Assembly (NCBI GenBank): GCA_016188545.1
Contig: JACPHO010000001.1
Location: forward strand, 355,324-419,323
Reading direction: 5' to 3'
DNA length: 64,000 bases
Source: Candidatus Shapirobacteria bacterium
GTDB lineage: Bacteria > Patescibacteriota > Microgenomatia > UBA12405
Part shown: positions 10,544 to 19,853 of the stretch, piece after piece
How positions within the stretch are numbered: position 1 is the first letter of the stretch
Layout: every line of letters starts with the position of its first letter
Made by a program: the position numbers and the translations under genes
The notes under the pieces: model-generated
The model's database searches: none
Told to the model about the DNA's origin: nothing
Seen by the model: the letters and a program-made list of their open reading frames with translations, nothing else

Positions 10544-10855
10544 CTATTTTATCACCATATAGTAGATAGAACCAGGATACATTCTGAATGCAGATTTTTT
10601 ATCAGGTCCCCACACGAACCTAACCCCCAGTTTCTTTTCGCAACCGACGCAAACCAACTCCTTATTCTTTTTTAGGTTTATATTATCGAGCATCGAATCA
10701 AAAAATATCTTGTCTATCGGGCCATTACCACTTTTGTTGTACGTCATCTGGGTAGTTTTACAGTTTACACATTTTATTTCCACTTCAAGTCTTCGTGGAT
10801 TTCTTCCCTTCGGATATCGATCGTAAGAAAATAATTTTTTAATATTGGCTACCAT
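10544..10855 (-). CDS. hypothetical protein with two CxxC pairs (putative zinc ribbon)
   Basis: CVNC...CVGC. Confidence 0.6.
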   Translation of the reverse strand: MVANIKKLFSYDRYPKGRNPRRLEVEIKCVNCKTTQMTYNKSGNGPIDKIFFDSMLDNINLKKNKELVCVGCEKKLGVRFVWGPDKKSAFRMYPGSIYYMVIK

Positions 10856-10867
10856 ATTCTGAGTGTA

Positions 10868-11002
10868 TTATAGCTGTTTTAGAAGTTCTAAGTTACCAGA
10901 GATCAAGGCATCTTTTTTCTCTCTAGACCACCCCTTTATTTGTTTTTCCCTTCTCATAACATCAACTCTTGAAGAATATTCTTCTTTGTAAACTTTGCCC
11001 CA
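10868..11002 (-). pseudogene. GIY-YIG nuclease C-terminal remnant
   Basis: Manual translation gives VYKEEYSSRVDVMRREKQIKGWSREKKDALISGNLELLKQL*, resembling the intact GIY-YIG at 39566; GAKFT lies in another frame just upstream; N-terminus absent. Confidence 0.8.
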
Positions 11003-11065
11003 TAAAGCGAGTGCTGTTGGTGATCAACAATTCTCAGCGAGCTCTCTAGGCGAGTCGAAAGGTTA

Positions 11066-11192
11066 AGGCTGTACGTACAAATTCGAACGTATTTTCAAAA
11101 TGGACTCTCGCCCCGCATCGCCGCGGGTGGGGGCGCGGCGAAAAAAGCGGGGCTCGATTGAACAAAACTGTCGGCTCGAAACGCAAAAATTT
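11066..11192 (+). repeat. att-like repeat copy 1 (ATTCGAAC core, GC hairpin, GTCGGCTCGAA box)
   Basis: 11066-11095 identical to 13422-13451; 11147-11192 identical to the reverse complement of 16162-16207. Confidence 0.9.
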
Positions 11193-11348
11193 ATTCAGTA
11201 CTTAAACATTAACGTATATATCAACAAAAGTGTTACAATCGGATGAATTTGAAAAAATATGAACAAACAATACTTTTTTGTGATCATTGAATATTTATGA
11301 AAAATAGGTGATTTTTTTATCAAAACGGAAGTAGGAAGAATTATTGGA

Positions 11349-12179
11349 TTGCTTACAGGTGTGGTTGTATTTATTAAAACAATTGGTATTTGGGAAAAAT
11401 TGATCAATGTCATCAAAAATATCTTCATATTTTTGACCATAGTATTGCCATTACCATTTTTTAACATCCCTGTCTATTTTTGGATAATTTTACTTTGCGT
11501 AATTTTCTGGTTATTCAATCAATCAAGACTTTTAAAATTAGTTTCTGGAGAATTTTATGACGACTTTAGAAGTGGATTAAATAATTGGGAGTATGGCGGA
11601 GAGGGTTGGAAGACTGAATTTGAAAATGGCACCCCCTTGTTGAGTGTATCTGAGTCTCAAGATGGCGGAATAAGTAAAAAAGGGTTTAGTTGGAATGATT
11701 ATCAATTTAGTTTTAAAACTAAAATAATAAGTAAAAATTCTGGATGGATAATAAGGGCTGAAAATAGAAATAAATATATAATGATACAACTGTGGATGGA
11801 GAAATTGGACAGCCCAAAAATAAGACTACATTATAGAGTTCCTCCAAGTAGTGAAAGACAAATTCAATGGATAGTTGCGGAGGAAATAGCCATTAGTTCA
11901 GATAAAAAAATTAAGATTCTTGAGTGGGTTGACGTAAGGATAGCAGTACTGGGAAGTACTATTGATATTTATCTTAATAACCAACATTGTGCACATTACT
12001 TTATACCAGATCCAATCAGGTGGGAGAATAAATTTATAACGATTGCAGAAGAAGGAAGACCGAGTGAAAAAACATATATTGATTCCATCAATTATCCTGT
12101 GGGAAGAATCGGTTTTAGGTGCTCAGGTGGTGCAGAGCACGCACATTTTAGAGAAGTCAGAGTAAAACCGCTGCTTTGA
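11349..12179 (+). CDS. membrane-anchored beta-sandwich protein (concanavalin A/DUF1080-like)
   Basis: N-terminal TM segments then WNDYQFSFKTKI, W.DVRIAVLG.TIDIYLN, GRIGFR; an out-of-frame ATG at 11297 before an A5 run makes the start uncertain. Confidence 0.7.
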   Translation: MLTGVVVFIKTIGIWEKLINVIKNIFIFLTIVLPLPFFNIPVYFWIILLCVIFWLFNQSRLLKLVSGEFYDDFRSGLNNWEYGGEGWKTEFENGTPLLSVSESQDGGISKKGFSWNDYQFSFKTKIISKNSGWIIRAENRNKYIMIQLWMEKLDSPKIRLHYRVPPSSERQIQWIVAEEIAISSDKKIKILEWVDVRIAVLGSTIDIYLNNQHCAHYFIPDPIRWENKFITIAEEGRPSEKTYIDSINYPVGRIGFRCSGGAEHAHFREVRVKPLL

Positions 12180-12203
12180 GATTTAGGTAACAGGTTTAAT
12201 TCG

Positions 12204-12253
12204 ATTGTTTTCGTCTTTGTAGACTCATCAGTCCCGCAATTCGGGATAACAAT
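12204..12253 (-). ncRNA. type III hammerhead ribozyme
   Basis: AUUGU-UA / UCCCG-AAUUG-CGGGA / CUGAUGA / GUCU-ACAA-AGAC / GAAA-ACAAU; all three stems pair; predicted cut after 12247 (UUA). Confidence 0.88.
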
Positions 12254-12337
12254 TTCCTCTTGGCACAACCAACGCTTGGGTCCCCTTGAGGGGACCCACT
12301 CGTCGTTTTTTTTGTTGTGCCTTGAGGGCGATAGGAA

Positions 12338-12976
12338 TTACTGCACAATGATGGTGACTGTAATCGTTTCTGTTGTTGCAAGATTGACATAATCTTCGCC
12401 AGTTACGATAATCGTGAATGTCTGCCCAACAGCATCTGCGGGTGCATTTGCTTTCAGTAATCCCGATTGAGCAGCATAGAAATCATCTGAGGTAATCCAA
12501 CTCGGAAGGTTTGAGTATTCGTAATGACCATTCCCATTGGGGATGTTTGAACCGATGGATATCCAAGATTCTTGTCCAGCACTCACGACAGCTGTAGCGG
12601 TTAAGTCATAGTGCACTGTGTGAGGTATTTCAACTGTGTACACCAGAGTGATAACTTCATCACCTGATATGGAGGTTGCCTCGCAGGTGAATTCGCCTTC
12701 AACATCAGCAGAAGGGTATGAATCAATTGTTTGACTACCCAATGTCAGCCATGAGGGGCAGTCGGAAGACAAATTGTAGCCACCTGTAGTTGCAAATCCA
12801 GCAACTTTCAAATCCAGTGACTTGCCGAGACCTGCGGCAACTCTGATGTATTGAGTGCTGGTGATAACTGAGGCAGTGTCTTGGGGGGTGCTTGTGGCGG
12901 AAGGCGCGCAAGCAGTCATGATAATCGTCATGGCTACGAATGCAAAGAGCAGGGAACGTACGGTATTGCGGGACAT
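12338..12976 (-). CDS. lipoprotein with Ig/cadherin-like domains
   Basis: SD AAGGAGA before ATG 12976; lipobox-like MTAC; SNLPSW...FTIIVTGED...ETITVTI. Confidence 0.8.
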   Translation of the reverse strand: MSRNTVRSLLFAFVAMTIIMTACAPSATSTPQDTASVITSTQYIRVAAGLGKSLDLKVAGFATTGGYNLSSDCPSWLTLGSQTIDSYPSADVEGEFTCEATSISGDEVITLVYTVEIPHTVHYDLTATAVVSAGQESWISIGSNIPNGNGHYEYSNLPSWITSDDFYAAQSGLLKANAPADAVGQTFTIIVTGEDYVNLATTETITVTIIVQ

Positions 12977-13088
12977 GGCTTCTCCTTTTGAAGTCGAACA
13001 AAATTGTGGGAAATACTTGGACTCTTTATTAGAAAACAACCGAGTTGTTTTTACTAATTAAAAAGCCCAAATACTTGCTTAAATCGCC

Positions 13089-13188
13089 ATTCCTATCCTA
13101 ATTATTAAAGTGCATCTGAACAGAAAATACATAGCTAATATGTAAACCTATTCGTCCATATTTTAACATAACTAGACATAAAAAACAA
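13089..13188 (-). promoter_or_regulatory. cassette leader: sigma70-type promoter, 5' hairpin, boxA-like motif, long-range pairing segment
   Basis: TTGTTT-17-TAAAAT with extended TG (13183-88, 13160-65); GCACTTTAATAAT (13101-13113); GATAGGAAT (13089-97) complementary to 12330-12338. Confidence 0.7.
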
Positions 13189-13214
13189 TGTTATAAGATA
13201 TATAGAATATTTTC

Positions 13215-13548
13215 TTAATCGCGAGCGTAAAAATAATTGCGATGATTTATCAATCATCGCCAAAACCGTCGGCTCGAACTACTTTTTATTGGATAAAACC
13301 ATACTCCCAAAATATCAAAATGACGGATTCTTGGCGCTGGCCAATCCTGTGCGCCTGTCCGCCTCTGGCGGAGGCGTGGCCTGCGCCATGGCAAAAATCA
13401 TGCGATTTGCAAAAACTGTTGAGGCTGTACGTACAAATTCGAACGTATTTTAAGAAATTATAACAGTCGCCCCGCTCGTCCCGTCGCCGGTCGGGACGAA
13501 AAACGCGGGGCTCGATTGAAAATTATTTTTTGCGCGCGCGATTTTAAG
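13215..13548 (+). repeat. att-like repeat copy 2, possible remnant of a large serine recombinase 3' end
   Basis: Shares blocks with copies 1 and 3; bounded by imperfect inverted repeats 13215-13239 / 13521-13548; frames read KTVGSNYFLLDKTI and LLRLYVQIRTYFKKL*. Confidence 0.75.
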
Positions 13549-13580
13549 AATTGTTGGAACTATTAAGATATAATCAAAAC

Positions 13581-14726
13581 ATGAAGTTGACCTCAAATCT
13601 CATCAAATATTACCTGTGGCAATTCATTTCTGGTTTTTATTTTATCTACACTCTCCAAGCACTGTATTTACTTAGTAAGGGTATTACACCGACACAATTA
13701 GCTCTATTTGCCAGTGTCACGGCCATTTCGTCAACTGCTCTCGAAATCCCCACCGGATTTATTGCAGACAAATTTTCTCGAAAATTATCCGTATCACTTG
13801 GGTTTTTTTGTAGTGGCTTGGCATATCTTGGTTTTATATTTATCACTAATTTTTATGGATTATTGATAATTTCGTTTTTACTGGGACTAGCAGAAGCTCT
13901 AAAAAGCGGTGCCGAGGAATCATTAATTTACGATGATTTAAAATCATTAAACCAAGAATCAGATTATTTGAAAGTCACATCAAAGGGAACAACTATCGGT
14001 ACAGTCTCGGGAGCAGTGGCCACATTTTTAGGGCCGATACTTTTTGTAATTCACGCCACAATTCCATTTATTTTAAGTTCCATAACTCACTTATTGCTCG
14101 GTGTGTTAATTCTTAGTTTTACTGAATCTAGAAATTCATCCGAAGTTAAGGAAGAAGTAAAAGTAATGGGAGGAGTAATGGCAATCTTAAAAAACAAATA
14201 TGTTCGCTTGATTGTCTTGATGGATACAATTTTACTTGTTTTTGTAAATATCTATTATCAGGTTTTATTTTTTCCAAAGATTAATGGTTTGGGTTTAGAT
14301 GTTCAGTATTTAGGAACTTTAGATGTAATCAATATCGTCTTAATGTCGGGGATGTTTATTATTTTGCCACGGTTAGTATTAAAGAATGAGAAAAACAATT
14401 TAGTCCTTTACACCATGTTGCCGGTATTATTTTTCATTTTGTTTGGACTTAGTAACAAGCTAATACCAGCCTTAATTTTTGGTGTAGTTTTTGATTTAGT
14501 TTGGTCAGCCAGAAAGCACATTTTACCTACAATTACCAACCGACATTTCAATTCCAGTGACCGCGCATTAAGTATTTCTAGTATGAGTTTTATTAGCAAT
14601 CTCTGCGCGGCAATATTTGTCCCAATTGCTCTAATCTTGTTTAATGTAAGTTATTATTACACTTTAATACCGGCAGTCTTTATTATATTTCTACTTTATA
14701 TTTACCCCAAGAATCAAAACTCATAA
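13581..14726 (+). CDS. MFS transporter
   Basis: EIPTGFIADKFSRK (motif A), SGAEESLIYD, about 12 TM segments. Confidence 0.92.
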   Translation: MKLTSNLIKYYLWQFISGFYFIYTLQALYLLSKGITPTQLALFASVTAISSTALEIPTGFIADKFSRKLSVSLGFFCSGLAYLGFIFITNFYGLLIISFLLGLAEALKSGAEESLIYDDLKSLNQESDYLKVTSKGTTIGTVSGAVATFLGPILFVIHATIPFILSSITHLLLGVLILSFTESRNSSEVKEEVKVMGGVMAILKNKYVRLIVLMDTILLVFVNIYYQVLFFPKINGLGLDVQYLGTLDVINIVLMSGMFIILPRLVLKNEKNNLVLYTMLPVLFFILFGLSNKLIPALIFGVVFDLVWSARKHILPTITNRHFNSSDRALSISSMSFISNLCAAIFVPIALILFNVSYYYTLIPAVFIIFLLYIYPKNQNS

Positions 14727-14750
14727 ACAATATCGTGTTTCGAGTCTGGT

Positions 14751-15497
14751 TTATTTCCAATTAGGGTAGTCAATAATTTGTAGGAATTCTTGATATACCA
14801 CCCTTAGTTCTTTTGATATGTTAATTAGGTCATCTCGTTTTGCAATGAATCTTCGATTGTGTGCGCTCAAATCTCCAAACCTCTTAATTTCTTTAAGGCC
14901 ACTTTTGCAATTCCGACTTAAGTTAAAACTAGCCTCAGCTACAGCAAGTCGAATCAAATCCTCAAGATAATAAAAGTCACCTTGAGAATTTTTAATTTTG
15001 GTCGACAAATTGTTCTTCTCGAATGTCTCAATTATTAATGTTTCTAACAACCTGCGCAACATTACGTTACATGCATCATATAAACCATTATCAAAACAGG
15101 CGATAGCTTGATATGCCACTTTTTCAATATAGCCACGAGTATTTTCAAACAAACTTATTGGAAGTAAATTATTTGATACCTCAGGCGTGGTTGGATTTTT
15201 AAGATATTTCTCTTCTATTAGTTTCTGTCCAAATGGGGTTAAGAAGTACATTCCTGATTTCACGAAAAATCTTGCCGTCTTCTTGACATTTCTCTTAGCG
15301 TTTATTTTTAGATACTGTGGGATGTTGGAGTATGACGGCAAATTCAATTCATCAAAACAAGCTACAACATCCGAAGATCTCACGCCAGGCTTATTTTGCT
15401 CTTTTAGTAAAAAATATACAAAACAATCTACCTGCGACGACAATCCGATATCGTTATGGTCGAAAATGCTTTTAGTAAAACTTTTCAGGTCTAACAT
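14751..15497 (-). CDS. DUF4145/HEPN-like domain protein (putative defence)
   Basis: CFDNGLYDACNVMLRRLLE...IKRFGDLSAH pattern. Confidence 0.65.
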   Translation of the reverse strand: MLDLKSFTKSIFDHNDIGLSSQVDCFVYFLLKEQNKPGVRSSDVVACFDELNLPSYSNIPQYLKINAKRNVKKTARFFVKSGMYFLTPFGQKLIEEKYLKNPTTPEVSNNLLPISLFENTRGYIEKVAYQAIACFDNGLYDACNVMLRRLLETLIIETFEKNNLSTKIKNSQGDFYYLEDLIRLAVAEASFNLSRNCKSGLKEIKRFGDLSAHNRRFIAKRDDLINISKELRVVYQEFLQIIDYPNWK

Positions 15498-15502
15498 TTA
15501 AG

Positions 15503-16078
15503 TTATTGATTTTTATCAGCAACCACTTTTGATTTTTTCGTTTTCTTTTTCGGTAATTTCGCAGTACCACTATCCCTTGAAATTATTTCTAAAGCTTTCC
15601 TTTTTCCATCATCGGTGACGACATATTCTGCTCCATTTAGTTGGCTGAGCCATTTATTTTTAACTACATTGTTAAGTGATGCGGATAGATTTTTAATTTT
15701 ACTTGGTGTCTTTCTCCTTGACTCCGCATACTTATCAATTATTTCTTTTCTGGTTAAAGTATCTTTGCCTTCCTTTGTTATATAAAACGCATATATCAAA
15801 ACCCATTCAGTTTCACCTTGTGGTTTATTTTGTCTTGCCAAATCAAACAACGTCATTGTTCCCACTTCCGATACAACCTCACTAACAGTGTCCGTAGAAA
15901 TTGGCTTTGTTACTGGATTAAAAGATATTGGTTTTTCATTTTTGACTGCATATACATCGGCAATTTTACCAATACCATCCTGTTTTATTTGATTGAATTG
16001 ACTAATAACTTCACTAGAATCTCCCTCAAGTTCTACCTTAAAGTCACCAACAGAAACATTTATTTTTAAGTTTCCCAT
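15503..16078 (-). CDS. hypothetical protein with a probable winged-helix C-terminal half
   Basis: N-terminal LKINVSVGDFKVELEG; NLSASLNNVVKNKWL...YVVTDDGK wing-like segment; 5 nt from the next gene. Confidence 0.65.
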   Translation of the reverse strand: MGNLKINVSVGDFKVELEGDSSEVISQFNQIKQDGIGKIADVYAVKNEKPISFNPVTKPISTDTVSEVVSEVGTMTLFDLARQNKPQGETEWVLIYAFYITKEGKDTLTRKEIIDKYAESRRKTPSKIKNLSASLNNVVKNKWLSQLNGAEYVVTDDGKRKALEIISRDSGTAKLPKKKTKKSKVVADKNQ

Positions 16079-16161
16079 ATAAGTAATAACATATAATTAA
16101 TATGACTATATCATACGACTGTTACAAATGCCATACGACATCATATCTTCAAATCATTTAA

Positions 16162-16409
16162 AAATTTTTGCGTTTCGAGCCGACAGTTTTGTTCAATCGA
16201 GCCCCGCGTTTTTCGTCCCGACCGGCGACGGGACGAGCGGGGCGATGTTAAAATATTTGAAATACAGTTCGAATTTTTCGGTACAATGCCGACAATTCGT
16301 GAATGTCATGATTTTTTGATGTGGCGCTGGCCAATTCTGTGCGCCTGTCCGCCTATGGCGGAGGCGTGGCCTGCGCCACATCAAAATCTTTCGATTTGCA
16401 AAAACTGTT
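16162..16409. repeat. att-like repeat copy 3 abutting the tRNA-Gln 3' end
   Basis: 16192-16245 is the exact inverted copy of 13467-13520; 16322-16378 matches 13332-13388 (2 mismatches); 16392-16409 equals 13403-13420. Confidence 0.9.
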
Positions 16410-16478
16410 ACCCCGCATGGATTCGAACCACAATCACGAAGTTCAGAGCTTCGTGTCCTACCATTAGACGACGGGGTA
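16408..16478 (-). tRNA. tRNA-Gln(CTG)
   Basis: TACCCCG acceptor, CGAAG-CTCTGAA-CTTCG anticodon arm, GGTTCGAATCC T-arm; CCA not encoded. Confidence 0.95.
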
Positions 16479-16490
16479 TTAAAAAATAAA

Positions 16491-16585
16491 GAGCTAGTGT
16501 CCTATTGTACCAAGCCGTAGCCTTGGCGTAGGCTGGTTTACCTTGCCGTAACGGGGTGAAGGCAGGCCATTAGACGACGGGGTAT
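16491..16585 (-). repeat. duplicated tRNA-Gln 5' fragment split by a 62-nt palindromic insert
   Basis: 16497-16504 = 16453-16460; 16567-16585 = 16461-16479. Confidence 0.8.
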
Positions 16586-16668
16586 CGACGTATTTTACAT
16601 TATATTGTTTTAAAAGTCTCCCTTGTCAAAGGGAGATTTAGAGGGATTGAACATGTTAAAATAAACCC

Positions 16669-16854
16669 ATGCAAACCATAGATGAACTTTGTCAGCAACT
16701 AAAACTAACCCCAGAACAAAAACTAGCAATCGAAGCCTATTGTAGCCAACTGGTTGTCGAGCTTCTCGAAAGCATCAAGCAGGACAATGTCCAAAACTTC
16801 GATGAGACCATCAGCACTATAAGCTCCCAAGTCGACGCGAAGAATTCAAAATAG
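16669..16854 (+). CDS. hypothetical protein
   Basis: 61-aa helical ORF; TAAAAT 6 nt before the ATG. Confidence 0.55.
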   Translation: MQTIDELCQQLKLTPEQKLAIEAYCSQLVVELLESIKQDNVQNFDETISTISSQVDAKNSK

Positions 16855-17455
16855 TATCTTCTTCCCCGTGTCCAGGTAGAACTATAACCTCTCCCGGTAA
16901 TTTAATAAGCTCTCTTAAACTTTTTCGTAAATCAGACATCGAGGAATAGTTATGATCAGTACTTCCTATCCCACCCTCCGCAAACAGGGTATCCCCGCTA
17001 AACAATAATTTACCACTGGTATCATAAAAACAAACCCCACCAGGCGTATGACCGGGGGTTTTCAGTACCTTCAGCTTCTCCTCCCCAAGTAATATGTTTT
17101 TTGCGTTACTCAGGTCAACATCTGTCTCAGCTATGTCTAGCGTGTCTACTCTATGTTTCAAAAAATGTTCTGCTGTTTCTTTTTGTCGCTTAAGTAAAAA
17201 CATGTCGAGTTTGCTTACTCCGATAGGAATGTTGTACATCAATTTTAAGTCCATAGCTGCCAACAAGTGGTCAAAGTGCCCGTGTGTCGCCAGTATCATT
17301 AGTAGCTTCAATTGGAGCCTCTGAACCTCATCGCTAATCTCAGTCGCAGCATCAGCCGGGTCAATAATTACTCCTTCTTTTGTTTCATCATCCCAGACTA
17401 TATAACAGTTGGTTTCTAGTTCACCCAAGACCAACTTTTCGTATTTCAACATCAT
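16817..17455 (-). CDS. MBL-fold metallo-hydrolase (glyoxalase II-like)
   Basis: THGHFDH, TPGHTPG, FSGDTLF, PGHG. Confidence 0.95.
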   Translation of the reverse strand: MMLKYEKLVLGELETNCYIVWDDETKEGVIIDPADAATEISDEVQRLQLKLLMILATHGHFDHLLAAMDLKLMYNIPIGVSKLDMFLLKRQKETAEHFLKHRVDTLDIAETDVDLSNAKNILLGEEKLKVLKTPGHTPGGVCFYDTSGKLLFSGDTLFAEGGIGSTDHNYSSMSDLRKSLRELIKLPGEVIVLPGHGEEDTILNSSRRLGSL

Positions 17456-17504
17456 TATATTTTACTTTTTATTTTTTATTTTTGAATTTTTGATATACTT
17501 CACT

Positions 17505-18098
17505 ATGCCTTCGCCAAATATTGACCCAACTGTTCGACTTTTTATTGGTGGCCTTCCTTACCGTTTTACGGAAGGGGAGTTACTTACTCTCTTCGCTCCC
17601 TTCGGGCGAGTCGTTTCACTTAAAATAATGCACACCCCTTGGGGTAAAAGCCGAGGTATGGGATTTGTTGAGTTTGATAACGTTGATTCTGCCATCAAAG
17701 CCAAGCAAAGTCTTCACAATCATCGAGTCTCTGAAGAGAGAACTATTATTGTCGACTTTGCCGCTCCAGACCCAGCCACTACTGAAGAAGGTCGCTTGCG
17801 TCGAGAGCAGGTCCAGAGTCGCAAACCCCTCCGTCGTCAATTTTCAAATGTAAGTAATACTAGTATAAGTCCTAAGGATCCATTTACTCGTCAAAATCGT
17901 GGTACCAACAAATCAGATTCAGGTCGTCGACCATATAGCCCCAAGACATCCGAGGGTACAGACTCAGAAAAACCCCGCAAATTCGGCAATTTCAAGCGTG
18001 GAAAAAGTGCTTTTGGAAACAACCGTCAATCGGTATTTGATTCTCGGTCCCATCATTCCCGAGTCGGTGCCAAGTTTGCCAACCGACAAAAGAACTGA
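17505..18098 (+). CDS. RRM RNA-binding protein with basic tail
   Basis: RNP2 LFIGGL and RNP1 RGMGFVEF; TATACT just before ATG 17505. Confidence 0.92.
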   Translation: MPSPNIDPTVRLFIGGLPYRFTEGELLTLFAPFGRVVSLKIMHTPWGKSRGMGFVEFDNVDSAIKAKQSLHNHRVSEERTIIVDFAAPDPATTEEGRLRREQVQSRKPLRRQFSNVSNTSISPKDPFTRQNRGTNKSDSGRRPYSPKTSEGTDSEKPRKFGNFKRGKSAFGNNRQSVFDSRSHHSRVGAKFANRQKN

Positions 18099-18099
18099 T

Positions 18100-18357
18100 T
18101 TAGCCGTTGATTTTAGGTTCAATCACCTCTACCAACCTAGCACATACTAGTTCAAACTCTGGCATAGTCTCCTTATACATTTGAATTCCGCCGCCAAAAA
18201 TAGCAGCCACCTCAACCCTATTATTATTGCCTTTTATTGAGGCAGTCAAGTCTTTTAATGTCGCTTCCTGATACCGAGCTATTTCAACAAGCCTGTTCAT
18301 CAGAGCTTCTTCCTTAAGTTCAATAATATTTTCAGCTGTAATAACTGGTTTATACAT
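18100..18357 (-). CDS. hypothetical protein
   Basis: ORF fills the gap exactly. Confidence 0.5.
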   Translation of the reverse strand: MYKPVITAENIIELKEEALMNRLVEIARYQEATLKDLTASIKGNNNRVEVAAIFGGGIQMYKETMPEFELVCARLVEVIEPKING

Positions 18358-18393
18358 AACCCAATTCTACACCACTATAGGGTATAATTCAAC

Positions 18394-19446
18394 ATGGATT
18401 TTAGAGAGTTTATTCATAGCCAGAAAATAATTGCCCTTTCCCCGATGGATGGTGTAACCGATTGTAGCTATCGACAAACCCAATGTTTTGTCAAAAAACC
18501 AGACGTCATCTTTACTGAGTTTGTCAGTGCCGAAGGGATTAGTCGGGGTGGAGTTCGTCTTTACGATCAATTGCTATATGGGAACAATGAAAGGTATATT
18601 GTTGGTCAAATTTTTGGCAAAGACCCAGAAAGTTTTTATAAAGCAGCTGTCATTCTTTGCCACCTAGGCTTCGATGGTATTGATATCAATATGGGTTGTC
18701 CCGCCAAGACTGTCACCCAACACGGTTCCGGAGCCGCCCTCATCGAGAAGCCGGAAGTCGCCAGTCAAATAATCAATTCAACTCGACAGGGGATTGAAGA
18801 TTATTGTAGTGGCAAGACAACAGTCACCGATATTGGTATCAAGCAATCTTCCCTGGACGTTATTGAGCGAAACTGTCTGTTTTCCGAATACACAGGCACA
18901 TATAAGGACTATCAAAAACCCACTCTTTCGGTAAAAACAAGAGTTGGTGTTACTCACAATGTTGTCCCTGTTTGGATTCCCCATCTACTTTCTCACAATT
19001 TGGATTTTCTCAGTTTACACGGTCGAACCCTAAAACAAGGATACTCGGGTCTTGCCGATTGGGAAGCCATAAAACTGGCCGCCAGCTTTGCCAAGGAAGC
19101 AGGGACACTTATCTGGGGAAATGGCGATGTGACTACTCTTCCCCAAGCCTATGAATATATAGACAAATACAACGTCGATGGGATATTAATCGGACGTTCC
19201 AGTATGGGCAACCCATGGGTATTTACAAATACCGAACCGTCCCTCAAAGATAAGTTCTCACTCATGTGTTACCACGCAGACCAGTTCACCCGCATTTTTC
19301 CTCATCGTCGACTAGATCCACTAAGAAGGCATTTTCTACTCTATGCTAGCGGTCATCCCCGTGCCAAACAGCTTCGGGAAAAGATTGTCCATGTCAACAC
19401 CATTGCTGAACTTTATGCTCTTGAAGAAGATTTTTTGACCTGCTAA
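18394..19446 (+). CDS. dus: tRNA-dihydrouridine synthase
   Basis: LSPMDGVTD, IDINMGCP, HGRT, GNGDV, GNPWVF. Confidence 0.95.
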   Translation: MDFREFIHSQKIIALSPMDGVTDCSYRQTQCFVKKPDVIFTEFVSAEGISRGGVRLYDQLLYGNNERYIVGQIFGKDPESFYKAAVILCHLGFDGIDINMGCPAKTVTQHGSGAALIEKPEVASQIINSTRQGIEDYCSGKTTVTDIGIKQSSLDVIERNCLFSEYTGTYKDYQKPTLSVKTRVGVTHNVVPVWIPHLLSHNLDFLSLHGRTLKQGYSGLADWEAIKLAASFAKEAGTLIWGNGDVTTLPQAYEYIDKYNVDGILIGRSSMGNPWVFTNTEPSLKDKFSLMCYHADQFTRIFPHRRLDPLRRHFLLYASGHPRAKQLREKIVHVNTIAELYALEEDFLTC

Positions 19447-19456
19447 AGTTATCCGT

Positions 19457-19852
19457 ATGTCAAATCAAGCCACAACCCTTCTCTCTATCGAGTCCCTTAT
19501 TAACAGCCACGATGCTAAGCTCAGCACTCTTTCAAAAGAACTTTCTGTTCAAAAGGAAATGCTCAGTAATATTTTGGAAAATGACGAAGAATATGTCAAG
19601 CTCGCGGCTGAAGCAGGTAAACTTGCAAAGCAAAAAACAATTGCAAAGCAAAAAGTTCTACACACTCAAAATGCTATTTCTGTTGTTGAAAAAACCAAAG
19701 ATCTCCAAAGTCAGCTCAAAGAATTAAAAGTGGCCATGTCAGATTATTTATCGCAGTACGTCAGTCTTTCTGGTACCAACCAGTTTGAAGGCGCCGATGG
19801 GGTTACTCGTCAAATTACTTTTAGTGCTAAGTTAATCAAGAAAAACGACTAG
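19457..19852 (+). CDS. coiled-coil hypothetical protein
   Basis: heptad-rich helical sequence in an operon context. Confidence 0.75.
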   Translation: MSNQATTLLSIESLINSHDAKLSTLSKELSVQKEMLSNILENDEEYVKLAAEAGKLAKQKTIAKQKVLHTQNAISVVEKTKDLQSQLKELKVAMSDYLSQYVSLSGTNQFEGADGVTRQITFSAKLIKKND

Positions 19853-19853
19853 T

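Noticed and set aside
13242-13463. 73-aa ORF, and the similar ORFs at 16128-16489
   Set aside because: They are translations of the repeat or of tRNA antisense, not independent genes.
11066-16409. CRISPR array or classical integron attC sites
   Set aside because: No regular repeat-spacer period, no cas or intI gene, and no RYYYAAC...GTTRRRY cassette ends recognised.
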